Shown here: in pieces, positions 1 through 12,539 of the stretch
Layout of the letters: every line of letters starts with the position of its first letter
Position numbering within the stretch: the stretch's first letter is position 1
Assembly (NCBI GenBank): GCA_964016885.1
Contig: OZ024742.1
Span: 227,788,001 to 227,852,000 of the forward strand
Reading direction: 5' to 3'
Length of the DNA: 64,000 nt
Source: Eledone cirrhosa
Taxonomy: Eukaryota
The notes under the pieces: generated by a model
Database searches by the model: none
The model's input: only the letters and a program-made list of their open reading frames with translations
Told to the model about the DNA's origin: nothing
Program-made: the position numbers and the translations under genes

Positions 1-879
1 TAGATTAGTTGTTTTAACCAAGCAAAGATTACTAAAAGGTATACAATATATTAGGTATTACTATGAATTTTTTTAAATATTTAAATCTAATTTTTACTGT
101 ACTTTTTTCTTGGAAAACATCCAAAAAGAAACATTTTGATACCTCATTTGTGAAATTTGGATGAATATTTTAGGAAATATGACAATTTGAATGGTCAGTG
201 AATTGGTTGAAATCTTGCCTAATTAGGCCTACATGAATGATTAGTCATATTTGTGATATATCTTTGAAACTGAGGTGACAATCATCTTCAAATTACACAA
301 GTTAATTTTGCTGTGGGGTAGCAGTTGCCTATTTTTTTCAGGTTCTTGAAAATGAAACTTCATTTCGGCAATCTTTTAAATATTTATGTAAATCCTATTT
401 TGTTGCATGTAACAAACAGTTGATTTCGCGATGCAAGCATAAGCTTTTCATGTATTCTCAGACCTTGCTAAATCCCAAAGTACAACCCACAAGGACTTGG
501 GTTTTGGCATATTTGTAGTAGGTATAGAACTAAATAAATCACGAGATTTTGGGTCATGGTACCATTTCAATAAAATTTTTATTGATGATTAAGGCCATTG
601 CAAGCTTTTCATGTATTTTCAGATATGGCTATATTGTGATCCATTATCTGTTGGGGGCTCAGTTTTGATACCCTGGTACAGGATATAAAATTGAATCCTC
701 TCTATTAAATCCAATACATTTAATAGGTATCCCTGTAGAGCTCCACAGTTTGTTTGATCATTTTCATGTCAAAATACATATCAATACAAAACTTTGGATG
801 TGAACTTTTTTTAATATTTTTTATTAAAATCCAACAAAGTCCTTAAGAAGACCGCTGTCTTTCTGATTTTATGGAAGAA

Positions 880-1545
880 ATTAGCAGTATAGGGTACCAG
901 TGTAAAGAGGAAGCGGTTGGTCAAGTCCCGGTATTTGATTATTCTCCTCTTCTCCCCATTGCAGGCAGTAGAGCCCGGGTTTGTGGTTGAAATGACAAGG
1001 TTAGAGGCAGAGAACGAGTCCTATCTCGCATCCTAAATTAGGGATTTACCCCCCCCCCCCCCCCCCCCCCCCAAAAGTGAAAAGGGTTAATGCATCAAGC
1101 ACTGCTCCACAACAGCATTTGTGTCTTGAACATGCAGATGAGGCACTGTGCCATTCCAATGTGGTTGCACTCATCATCAAGAAGGGTACCAGTTGATGAG
1201 GAAGGCACTGAATGCAGCCAAGCGCCACAGTTTGGTTGCGAAGCAGAGCATAGGCAGGTGAAACAGCATTGGTCCAAGGAAGGTTCAATCCGCCTGAAAT
1301 CAAACTTGCACCTGACATTGTCTCGGTTACGTTGAACATTGGTACACTGGGGCATGGCAAGGCCTTTGTCGGTTCAATCAGCCAGGCCTCACTCCATTCT
1401 CCAGGCCACGTCAGGTTCTGTCATCTTGCGGAGGATGTCGATGAGGGAGTGATTGGAGGAGATTGAGGAGGGATAGCCTGGCAGTGCTAAATGAAGAGTG
1501 GATTGGAGGCTGAGGCAGCCAAATCTCACAGGGAGTTTTGTCATT
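880..1545 (-). mobile_element. Degenerate CRE-clade-like non-LTR retrotransposon fragment (post-RT region and start of REL-type C-terminus), interrupted by a poly(C) tract
   Basis: Minus-strand translations LPVRFGCLSLQS..LALPGY, QPNCGAWLHSVPSSSTGTLLDD, HKCCCGAVLD and DSFSASNL..PGSTACNGEKRRIIKYRDL resemble CRE-like ORF motifs; several frameshifts; C run at ~1049-1072. Confidence 0.6.
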
Positions 1546-1699
1546 TAGTTTTATTTCTTTTGTTCAATTTAATCCTTTTGATGCCAAACTGCCTATGTTT
1601 CTATAAAACCAAGCCATTTATATTCATCAGTTGGATCCTATGATGCAGGCCTACACCTTCCCATATATTCTCTTTGTTCTGTAATAATCTCTTGTAATA

Positions 1700-2395
1700 A
1701 GATTTCTGTGCCTCTTTCTTTTCAACATTAGTCACAGCATGTCTCCCACAATTATTTCATACACACTTTTCCCCAACTATGTTTTAATTATCTGTCTCAG
1801 GATCCCAAACACTTCACATTGTTGCATGTGCACATTGTTTTTTCAGCTTCTCTTCTTGTTGTGTATATCTGGCACATAGTCTCTCTTCTAGCTGTTAGCC
1901 ATTGCTCTCTATTTCCAGTCTTTTCAGACTTGTCTCTTTACTCTGATGGCCCTAATTAGTCTATTATTCTACCACCATGTCACTTTCTGTCTTGGTAGGA
2001 CCTTGCTACAACCAAAGACCTGGTCTGTGGACTTCACAAAAGATTGTAGTCATTGAGCAAGCTTTCTCTGATAAGTTCTTTCAATTACCATGTCTTCCTA
2101 CTCCATATTAGCTTTTCTCTCACAGTTCGTCTTGCCTTACCCTAAGATCACTGATAACTAATTTGTGTTGGGAGGTATATTCTTCACAAGGGAATGATGA
2201 GGCATTTATGACAATTTGTCTGTCTTGCTTTGGTGACAATGTAGTCTATTTGGTTTCTGTGACATCTTGATTGGTAGATAATCAGGTGGCTGGCTGGTTT
2301 CCTGAAGTTCATATTGCAGATGGTTAGGTTAGAAGTGCCATAGAACTCTAGAATCTTAGACGCCATTTCAATTCTTGTACTATCCCCAAAGCCTT
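1700..2395 (-). mobile_element. Old RTE-type LINE fragment (APE endonuclease end and linker)
   Basis: SKILEF..NLTICNMNFRKPASHLIIYQS..NQIDYIV is homologous to the EN end of the younger RTE copies in this window; heavily disrupted. Confidence 0.7.
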
Positions 2396-2620
2396 TATGT
2401 ACACTTTCTATTTGGTGAAGATAGAAATGATATCACTGTGTGAGGCTATTGTCCCCCCAAACACAACATTCAATTTGAAAGAGATGGTATACCAACATTC
2501 AAATTTGGTTACTGTGGCATTTTTTCATGATATACACATATCCACATTAATAAAAGTTGCTTTTCACAAAGAATATGTTTAGAAATAATGTTTTATTTAT
2601 TTACTAATTGATTTTCATCT

Positions 2621-2634
2621 TTAAGACGTAACAC
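2621..2634 (-). CDS. Candidate terminal coding exon of the host gene (G-V-T-S-stop)
   Basis: Acceptor ctctcttttacag ends at 2635; phase-1 join to exon 19976 gives ATG G|GT GTT ACG TCT TAA; AATAAA follows. Very short, and unseen intervening exons are possible (phase 0 would read VLRLKDENQLVNK*). Confidence 0.35.
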
Positions 2635-2849
2635 CTGTAAAAGAGAGAAGAAATTTTAATCTTTCACAGAACACCAAATTTTTCATTTTGAGAACAAACA
2701 CCTCAACAGATAAAGCCCATCAGTGGTTAAAGTTATAATAATGTGAAGACATACACTGTAGGTAAGGGGTGTTAAAATGGTACAAAAGGTCAGTTGGAGT
2801 GAAATGAAGGCATGTCGCTTAATGGTTAGGGTCCAGACATTTTATTTCA

Positions 2850-4030
2850 CGTTCCATAGACACGCTGGCCTGGCAGTGGGGAATTCATCGCGAGAGACCA
2901 CTGCATCATCTAGAATGGCCCTGAGGATAAGACGGGCCTCTGCGGTGTGGCACTGGCCATGCCGAAGCAAGTCACTCATCAGCTGGAACCCAGTGAATGA
3001 CCGTTTGCTGTCCTCCCGTTTACTCCACCGGCATGGGAAGACGACACTGTCAAAGACAAATTCTACCCCATGACATCACTATCAGCCTGGCAGACACTAC
3101 CATACCACCTCTTCTTCCGTCAGGCTACCTCTAATCAACCCATTGGCGTAACCTTCGCTGACCCATCCACCAATGACAATGGTGATCACCTGCTGCTCCT
3201 CTGCCATTACAACAATCTCTGTATCTCTGACACCTGGTTGCCCCGCAAACTCATCCATCACTGGACCTGGTACGGTCCAGACGGTTAACCCGGAAGGTAA
3301 TGAACCATGGCATCATCTCCCATCAGTGGAGGTCATTTGTCACCAACTGCCAGGTCTACAGAGGAGCTCAACTCGGCAATACTGATCATCTGTTGCTGGT
3401 TGTGACAATGAGGCTCAACTCGGCAATACTGATCATCTGTTGCTGGTTGTGACAGCTGAGGCTGAAGTTGCAAGTGGACCCTGATACCAAGTACCAGCCT
3501 CACTCTGACTCATCTTGTCTCTGCGATTCCAACATCGCCTATATATTTGCATGCTCTATCAGCAATCACTTCAGCAACCTGGCTGAAGATGAGGCCAACA
3601 ACTGGGAGATCTTTAAATCAAGCATCAACCAGTGTGTGCATAACATCCTGGTAAACTCAAGACCTCTTCCCAAATGGCCCTGGATTTCACTGCAGATGCT
3701 GGAGATAATTAGCTGTCGCTGTAAGGCTCACCTGCGCAGTGACATGAATGAGTACTGCTGGCTCAACTGGATACACAACAAGGCCATCATGGATGACTGG
3801 GAGAAGTTTTGGGCAGAAGAAGCCAAGTGCCTGGAGACAGTGGCAAGGAACAACAACCTCAGCTAGGTATTCAACGCACTCCACAGAGCTCGCGCTGGTC
3901 CCCGGATCAAAACAGCCATAATGAAGGCTACCAATCGCAAGGTCATCATCACTGAAACCACCTGCCTCGAATGCTTGAAGGAGCACTTCTGCCTTCTTCT
4001 GCATCACCCACCAGTCCCAATTGATCCCTG
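2850..4030 (+). mobile_element. Degenerate RTE-like LINE fragment of a different family (APE endonuclease and linker)
   Basis: SWNPVNDRLL, NDNGDHLLLLC..NNLCISDTW..HHWTWYGPDG, RGAQLGNTDHLLLV; internal ~49-bp tandem duplication at ~3365-3460. Confidence 0.7.
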
Positions 4031-4489
4031 CCTATCCAAGGGTAGAAGCACTCAGTCCATAGGACGAGTTTAATAAGAATAGTTACAACAGTGACATAAA
4101 CAGGTACTTAGTACTTAAGTTTCGTTACTCATTCAGCCTGTTATAAAAATAGTAAAAAATTTTTCTAAGTTAACTCAAAGAATCCAAATTCTTTGACATA
4201 CATATTAACCCAAAGAAAATATATTCCTTGACATCAGGATTAGTTAGTCAGGTCTAAACCATTTACTCATAATGAACTTCATTTCGAGTATACAGCAGCT
4301 AAAGCAATCAAGTCGTATATTTAGGCAGTGTTTATCTGAAGCCAGTTGAGAGAGTATATTCCATTTCTTTTAGTTACAAAGGCAGCAAAATTTTGTCCCA
4401 TTAACATATGTAGTAGATTTTTCTCATATACCCAAAGGCACACCTTTTTCCATTAAATGGAGTATATTAGAAAAATCTACCACCTATGT

Positions 4490-4940
4490 TAATGGTCAAA
4501 CATAATTTGACCATCAACCACATAGAAGAAATGAGAGCAAACTTAGCTGCTGGACCTGATGGATTTCCAGCAATTGTTCGAAAAAAAAAGGTGAGCAGAG
4601 GCTGAAAACTACAGACCTTACATGTCAGTAAAGTCATGGAACGAATCATCAGAAAGAAACTGATCACCTAACTAACTGAAACAACTGCTAGGCAGCTCAA
4701 ACGCGAACATGATATATCTTGACTTTGCAGCATAACTGGAACAGACAGAAGCCATACTATTGCAGCCAATGGGGGCCCTCTCAAAGGAAACATCAATAAC
4801 AAGCGGGGTGCCCCAAGGCACAGTCATGGGACTACTACTGTTTTGGGTGACGTTTTCAAACATACCCTCTGTAGTACATACAACATCCCTCACTAGCTAT
4901 GCTGATGACACAATGGTAGCAAAAGTAATGAAGAACACTC
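4490..4940 (+). mobile_element. CR1/L2-type reverse transcriptase fragment
   Basis: AAGPDGFP, SKVMERII, YLDF, SGVPQGTVMGLLLF, YADDT motifs with internal deletions. Confidence 0.75.
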
Positions 4941-4984
4941 ACCACATAGCAAAAAACAATGGGGATAGGCAGCAGGCTGATGGG

Positions 4985-5200
4985 ATCGCATATAACCCCC
5001 AGATAGGGACCCCACATAGTAACACAACAAGAAAATCTAGGAGTAGAACATTCCTCTGGTATAATCTGGTCTTTAACTCTGCAATTAAAACTAATCTGCC
5101 CTTAGTATTCTTCAAACTAATAGATAAGCACTTTCCAAAATCACACAAGTATCATAAAATATTTAATAGGAAAACCATCAGATTATTGTACTTAACTGCA
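4985..5200 (+). mobile_element. Penelope-like element fragment (RT-to-GIY-YIG linker)
   Basis: RSRTFLWYN..NSAIKTNL..FFKLIDKHFPKSHKYHKIFNRKTIRL resembles the PLE linker motif (WFNPP..LIDKHFP..HKIFNR). Confidence 0.65.
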
Positions 5201-5215
5201 ATCGATCTTAATGGA

Positions 5216-8200
5216 TCATCATCATCATCATCATCATCAGGTTTAGCGTCCGTGTTCCACGCTTGCATGGGTTTGGACGGGGGTTTTCCCACTTGAGGCA
5301 AGGGTGGTTGTCTTGCTCGCATAGGACTGTCTGGCGGGTTTTCTACAGTTGGATGCCCTTCCTAACACCAACCACATTTACAGTGTGGGGCTGGGAGGTT
5401 TTTACTGTGTTGCCTACACGGCCACATTACAGCGTGGACTGTCTGGCGGGTTTTCTACAGCTGGATGCCCTTCCTAACACCAACCATATTTACAGTGTGG
5501 GGCTGGGAGGTTTTTACCGTGTTGCCTACACGGCCACATTTACAGCGTGGATTGTGTGTTTTTTTTTTTTGTCGTGACACCTACACGATCTCATTTGTTT
5601 CGGCCTGGATGTTGTGGGACCAACATAACTTTACATTGAAAGGGGCGGTGTGGATGGGGTGGAGGTGGTGGGACGGGGGTGTGTTTTGATAGAGATGCCT
5701 ACTGACTGTAGTAGGTTTTTACTTTGTATTTAGGTAAGGCGGGTCTTCTCTATTACTGAGTACCGCCAAAGGTCTCGGTCCAGTGACATTGTCTTGGAGA
5801 GGTGTAAGCGTGTGAGGTCGGAATTTATCAGCTCGTCCCATGTTTTTCTGGGTCTGCCTACTCCATGGCTACCGTCTATCTTTATTGCCCTGCACTTTGT
5901 TATACAGCTGTCGTCTTTCATGCGCATCACGTGACCGTACCAACGTAGCCTTCTCTCGAGTAAACAACATCTGATCCCTCTTATTTCTAATTTTTTCCTT
6001 AGTTCGTTTATGCTTTGCCGTTCACGTATATTACTATTGCACATCCAGCGGAGCATGCAAGCTTCGTTCCTCTCTAGTCTGCGTATATCCTCTGCACACA
6101 ATGCCCAGGTCTCACTGCCATGCAGCATTGCTGTTCGTATGCAGGCATTGTATAACCTGCCTTTCATTTTTAGGGAGAACCCTCTAGCGGCTAATAGTGG
6201 TATAAGCTCTCTGAACTTTTTCCATCCAGTTCTGACTCTAGCTACTGTACTTTCAGAGCACCCTCCCCCACTGCTGATTTTGTCACCCAGGTAACGGAAG
6301 CTGTCCACTATTTCTATAGAACCCTCTGCGCAGTTGAAGGAGCTAGTATTTTGTGGGCACTTGCTGCTAGTTATTGCACCAGAGCACCGGCCACATGTAA
6401 AATCTATGTTCTTAGTTAGCTTACCTGTGATCCCACTACATCTTTTATGCACCCATACTTTGCATTTGGGACATAAAATGGAGTTTCTACCTACGCCTTC
6501 CTACACACTGAGCATGGCCATTTCCCAGATGGGACTGCCGCCTTATTTTCTTTCCTACAAACTAGAACTTTAGTCTTAGCCAAGTTAATTTTAAGGCCTT
6601 TTGATTCTAGGTCGTGCTTCCATGTTTGGAATTTCTTCTCTAGTTCGGTCATTGATTCAGCTATGAGCGTTAGATCATCTGCGTATAGGAGTTCCCATGG
6701 GCAGCCGGTCTTGAACTCCTCTGTTATAGCCTGAAGGGCAATAATAAATAGTAGGGGGCTAAGAACAGAGCCCTGATGGACACCAACTTTTACGCTAAAC
6801 TCTTCATTATATTCGTTGTTAATTCTAACCTTACTGACTGTTTCTTTATACATGGCTCGTATAGCTCTCACAAGCCATTCGTCAACACCTAGTTTTCTAA
6901 GAGACCACCAGATAATGGAACGGGGGACTCTGTCGAAGGCTTTCTCCAAGTCGACGAAAGCTAAGTATAGGGGTTTACTTTTAGCTAGGTACTTCTCCTG
7001 TAGTTGTCGTACAATGAAAAGAGCGTCTGTGGTACTTTTGCCTGACACAAACCCGAACTGCATTTCATCTAGATCAATTCTCTCTCTGATTAGTTGCGCT
7101 ATTACTTTTTCCGTGACCTTCATGACCTGGTCGATTAATTTAATGCCTCTATAGTTACTCCTATCTAGGTCATCTCCTTTTCCCTTATAGCAGTTAACGA
7201 TGATGCTGCTACACCAGTCCTTCGGAACAACCCCATTCTGTACGACTTGGTTAACTATCCGGGTGACCATGGTGTGTCCCACCGAACCAGATGCCTTCAG
7301 CATCTCAGCAACTATTTCCGAAGGACCAGCCGCCTTACCCGTCTTCATATCTTTGATTGCCTTGCTTATTGTACTACCCTGGACTAACACTGCTGGTCCC
7401 TCTATTGGGTCGATGTGGGGGGGAGACTGTCTTTCTCCCATTTGTTCTCCTCATTTAGAAGCCTTTCGTAGTGACACTTCCAAGCTACCTTCTTATCAGC
7501 GTCGGTGATGGCAAGTATGCCATCATCATTAAGTACACACTTCTCCCCAACAATATCACGGTTTTCCTTGACACATTGCCTGGCAATCCTGAACACCTCA
7601 CGTTGTAGAACATGCTTGAACTTTCTTTCCTCTGCTTCCCTTCTTGCGAAGTACACTTGTCTCCTAGCTTCCCTCCTGGCCACTTGATAGTCTTCTCTAC
7701 TTCCCCCATCCCGCCATGCTTTCCAAGCCTGCTTTTTGGCCTTAATTGACTCCTCCACCTTACTGTTCCACCACCATGTTACTCTCCTCCTACCTACAGG
7801 CCTGCTCCAGCCACAGACTTCGTCTGCCGCCATCAGCAGGTTTGCTCTCAGGAATTCCCACTGTTCCTCTATATTATACAACTCTAATTGCTCTTCCTTA
7901 CTGTCGAAAGCGTCAAATAATATGCTTTGAAATTTATTTCTGGCTATGGGGTCCTTTAGCTTCCATATTTTTCTCCTGAGGATAGTCCTCTTCCGCTGTC
8001 TAGTACGTCTCGTCCTGACTATGAGGTCGCTAATTATCAGTCTATGTTGGGAGGTGAATTCTTCATGGGGGAGGGATTTAGTATTAACAACAGACACTCT
8101 GTCACGTCTTCTGGTAAGGATATAATCTACCTGGCTTGTGTGTTCCCCCGATCATAGGTGATCAAGTGATTGTCTCGTTTTTTGAAGTTAGTGTTACAGA

Positions 8201-8496
8201 TAGTTAAGTTATTTGCGTCGCAGAATTCCAGGATTCTGGAGCCTTCCTCATTTCTAGTACCGAACCCATAGCCTCCATGGATTCCGTCATAGCCGTCACA
8301 ATGTTGTCGAACGTGACCATTTAGGTCGCCTGCAATAACTATATAGTCACTGTCGGTTATTTGGGAGGTAGCGAGCATCAGTGTCTCGTAGAATCTGTCT
8401 TTTATAGCGCCGGGCAGTCCGGATTGGGGTGCGTACGCAGATATTACTGTCACCGTAGTTTTATTGAGGACAAGTCTTATTTTAATTATTCTGTCG
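5216..8496 (-). mobile_element. RTE-clade LINE copy (5'-truncated, frameshifted): APE endonuclease, RT, PHD-like finger, 3'UTR and (GAT)n tail
   Basis: ORFs 8127-8453 (AYAPQ, GDLNGH), 7402-8097, 6491-7441 (FVDLEKAFD, HQGSVLSP, YADD), 5730-6452 (RRLRWYGHV, GRPRKTW); (CAT)n at ~5216-5238; ~116-bp duplication in the 3'UTR. Confidence 0.95.
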
Positions 8497-8699
8497 ATAT
8501 ATAAATAAACTTAAGTGCTTATCCATATGTGATTATATACAAAACTCTAGCATAGATTGTAACAATAAGTGTAATCCAATAGGATACTCACAATCAATAA
8601 ACCAACTTAAGACAGCAGGCATCAACGGCAGAATCATATCTCTCTCACAACCTACTCTAACTCACACTGCATATGGTAGCTCGGAGCCTTTACATAGAA

Positions 8700-9110
8700 A
8701 GGTAGTGAACTGTAACTGCCCTCAACCAGATAAATGCTCTCTACAAAATGAGTGCTTAAGCAATGGCTTAGTATACTAATGCATAAACAAACGGAAATGG
8801 AAATATATAGGGTCCACAGTGAAAGATAAAAAAAAAAAAAGCTGGTTTGTACATAGACACTCCATAAGGAATTACAAGCTCAGAAACTCAACTATGTTAG
8901 CAAGTAAAATTTGGGAATTAGAGGAAAGTGGATCTAAGTACCAGCTTAAGTATAATCACAAATAACTCCAACAAATAACTCCAACTTATGTATTCTAGAG
9001 CTGTATTACATAATCATAGGAAAACCCTGCTAAATAGCAGGCTTGAATGTGTTTTCAATTGTAGGCATAAAATCTTAAATACATTTTCTTATTACAGATC
9101 CCACTAGCAT
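8700..9110 (+). mobile_element. Penelope-like GIY-YIG endonuclease fragment
   Basis: CNCPQPDKC..ECLSNGLVY..KYIGST, NSTMLASKIWEL, LLNSRLE..NCRH; decayed. Confidence 0.7.
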
Positions 9111-9264
9111 ACGATTAGATCCAGTAACCCAAGTATTTAAACTTATATAAATCTAATCTCGCAGACGGAATTATTTGTTTATAAGTCAGGGGTGGGCAAA
9201 CTACGGCCCGTGAAAGCATTCAGCGAATTAATAAAAAGAATATATATATAATATATATAATCTA

Positions 9265-9681
9265 TCATCATCATCATCATCATCATCGTTTAACGTCCAT
9301 ATTCCACGCTTGCATGGGTTTGGATGGGAGTTTTCCCACTTGAGGCAAGAGTGGTTGTCTTGCTCGCATAGGACTGTCTGGCGGGTTTTCTACAGCTGGA
9401 TGCCCTTCCTAACACCAACCACATTTACAGTGTGGAACTGGGAGGTTTTTACCGTGTTGCCTACACGGCCACATTACAGCGTGGACTGTGTGTTTTTTTT
9501 TGTCGTGACACCTACACGACCTCATTTGTTTCGGCCTGGATGTTGTGGTACCAACATAACTTTACATTGAAAGGGGCAGTGTGGATGGGGTGCAGGTAGT
9601 GGGACGGGGGGTGTATTTTGTTAGAGGTGCCTACTGACTAGTAGGTTTTACTTTGAATTTAGGTAAGGCGGGTCTTCTCTA
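9265..9681 (-). mobile_element. RTE LINE 3' end only (same family)
   Basis: Near-identical to the 3'UTR at 5216-5750; (CAT)n tail. Confidence 0.9.
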
Positions 9682-9769
9682 TCTAAACTAATAAAGTAAG
9701 GAGTGCGGGGCTACGTCCAGAATATATTATTTTATCCCGTTTGTAAAATAAGTTGGATTACTTTGAATA

Positions 9770-9958
9770 AATAATTGTTTCTACGTTAGGCACAAGGCCA
9801 GCAATTACCCAGTGCATTACTGGTACTTTATTTTATCGACCCTGTAAGGATGAAAGGCAAAGTCAACCTCGGCGGGATTTGAACTCAGATCGTAAAGGGA
9901 CGTAACTATGCTGGAAAGCATGGCGTCCGACCCTCTACCGATACTGCCAATCCACTAC
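9770..9958 (-). mobile_element. tRNA-derived SINE, family 1
   Basis: Minus strand A-box-like tggcagtatcgg and B-box gagttcaaatc; body shared with copies at 11822, 20505, 20830, 23760 and 56322. Confidence 0.8.
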
Positions 9959-10337
9959 ATAATTTATCTACTAAATTTCGTTATTCTTGATTAAATATAA
10001 ATAATATTGTTGCTTATTTTAAGATTCATTTCTTTAAAATTTTCAAATGTCAACACTTCTGGTTAGCGATCGCTTATTTCACATATTTCCGTCACTAGTT
10101 TTTGCCTAATGCAGTTTATATATAATATCGTCTTTTTTTAATGTATCATGGATTACGTTATTGATTACATAAGACAGTGTAACGCAGTCTTTGTTCAATT
10201 TCTGTGTATATTGTCAATTACAATATTATTTGATGTATCATATCTACATACTTGCGTATAATATCAATATGCACATTACACATGCTAGCAGAAAACCACC
10301 CGAAGGGTGGTTTTCTGCTAGTATGTATAATATATAT

Positions 10338-11099
10338 AATGTTGCATGGCAGTGAGACCTGGGCATTGTGTGCAGAGGATATACGCAGACTAGAGAGGAA
10401 CGAAGCTTGCATGCTCCACTGGATGTGTAACAGTAATATACGCGAACGGCAAAGCATAAACAAACTAAGGAAAAAATTAGAGATAAGAGGGATCAGATGT
10501 TGTTTACTCGAGAGAAGGCTACGTTGGTATGGACACGTGATGCGCATGAAAGTCGATAGCTTTATAACAAAGTGTAGGGCAATAAAGATAGACGGTAGCC
10601 ACGGAATAGGCAGACCTAGAAAAACCTGGGACGAGCTGATAAACTCCGACCTCACACACTTACACCTCTCCAAGACAATGTCACTGGACCGAGACCTTTG
10701 GCGGTACTCAGTAATAGAGAAGACCCGCCTTGCCAGTAGGCATCTCTAACAAAATACACCCCGTCCCGCCACCACCCCCACCCCATCCACACCACCCCGT
10801 TCTATGTAAAGTTATGTTGGTGCCGCGCCATCGAGGCCGAAACAAATGAGATCGTGTAGGTGTCACGACAAAAAAACACACAGTCCACGCTGTAATGTGG
10901 CCGTGTAGGCAACACGGTAAAAACCTCCCAGACCCACACTGTAAATGTGGTTGGTGTTAGGAAGGGCATCCAACTGTAGAAAACCTGCCAGACAGTCCTA
11001 TGCGAGCAAGACAATCACTCTTGCCTCAAGTGGGACTACCCCCGTCCAAACCCATGCAAGCGTGGAACACGGACGTTAAACGTTGATGATGATGATGAT
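10338..11099 (+). mobile_element. 5'-truncated RTE LINE copy with a probable target-site duplication
   Basis: MLHGSETWAL..RRLRWYGHV..EKTRL, 3'UTR and (GAT)n; atatataatgt is present at both junctions. Confidence 0.92.
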
Positions 11100-11129
11100 A
11101 TATAATGTATATATATATATATATATTAC

Positions 11130-11815
11130 AGGCTGCGGATGATATTTGTTCGCAATTTTCAACTGCTAATTTTATGCAAATTTTTTTAACTTCCGTTGTC
11201 ACTCTTGTCTTCATAAAAACAGTGACTATATTTCCATTATTTATTTTCAGAATAAACTTGAGAAGTACCCAAGCGATTTTTAAAAAAACTTTACATGTGT
11301 ATTACTTATGTTTCAGGGAGTGTTATGCACATAAAATTCAACTTATTGATCTCCTAGGGCCCGCATTAGGTGAAAAACTGCGTTTTTTAAGCTTTTTAGG
11401 GTTTTTTGAGGCGTTACATCAGACCGATTTCCTTGAAATTGTAACTATGCATTAGTCAGTCTCTTCTTCATACCGTGAGCAAAGAAAATCCAACATTTTT
11501 ATGGCCTAGGGCTTGCATTAGGTGAAAAACTTCATTTTTTCAGCTTTTTAGGGCTTTTTTGAGGTGTTACGTCTAGCCAATTTTCCCGAAATTTCAAGAC
11601 ATATTATACACATAAAAAAAATTTATTTTCTTGATCCCCTAGGGCCCGCATTAGTTGAAAACCTGCATTTTTCCTGCTTCATCGAGGAAAATCTTAAAGA
11701 TTATCCAGCCATCAGAGTATTCGGTTTATTTCCTTTACATATTGTCCAGACATGCAGTTTTTCCACGATTAGGTGAGTTGGCAGCCCGCGTTCCAAAATA
11801 CCTTATCCCGTGCAA
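11130..11815. repeat. Unclassified non-coding element with three ~140-150-bp internal repeats
   Basis: ctagggcccgcattaggtgaaaa-like motif at ~11354, ~11506 and ~11639; bounded by (TA)n. Confidence 0.5.
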
Positions 11816-11821
11816 TATATA

Positions 11822-11942
11822 TATAATTGTTTCTACTTTTGGCACAAGGCCAGCAATTATCCCAGTGTATTACTGGTACTTTATTTTATCGACCCTGTAA
11901 AGATGAAAGGCAAAGTTAACCTTGGCTGGATTTGAACTCAGC
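11822..11942 (-). mobile_element. Truncated SINE, family 1
   Basis: Matches 9770-9890. Confidence 0.75.
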
Positions 11943-12539
11943 CAAATATAATATATATATAATTAGCAGAATGGCCCGTTGCTCAGGCTTCTAAATATAG
12001 ATTGGCATGTTTATGCCTCCTTTCTGAAACAGTACAGAGAAGTAAGGAATACTTCGGCCATTTTGTGCTTATAAAAAAAATTTGTCGTAGATTACCAGGG
12101 GTTTAACTTAATTGGGTGCCTGAGAGTAAAATGTTCAACCCACGAAAGCCAAGACGATAGGGTTAAGTAAAAAAGCATTCGACAAACTGAACATGTATTT
12201 GTTGTGCTATGGTACAATGAAAGTTACAGAGCAGTAAGCATGCGGGACTGCAGAGAGCATGAAGGAATTTAGTTGGATACTTTTAAAGTTACAAAAATCT
12301 ACCCAAATCTGATATAGACCGAACTGTTATATCGGATGCTGAACGCTTCAGAGTTACTACTGAGGTCTCCATCAACAATTTCAAGGGATGTACGTTTAAG
12401 TAGGAATAATATAGTCTATAAAGAGAGGTAACTCTTTCAAAATACTAAAGAGTTGTCTATCTTGACCATTGTAGACAAAATTGCCGACAAAAACGGCTTA
12501 AAGTTTTAGTAAAAAAAATGCCTTTAACAACAGAAACTT

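Noticed and set aside
1-880. AT-rich region with a short direct repeat (~440 and ~600)
   Set aside because: Probably an old DNA-element relic; no termini or coding motif could be supported
4267-4335. Possible extra minus-strand exon (DKHCLNIRLDCFSCC..)
   Set aside because: Weak donor (A|gtaaat) and weak pyrimidine tract; no independent support
5263-5689. Recurrent small ORFs MPFLTPTTFTVW.. (also 9310, 10802, 22462, 63390)
   Set aside because: Antisense translations of the RTE 3'UTR; they recur only because the element is multi-copy
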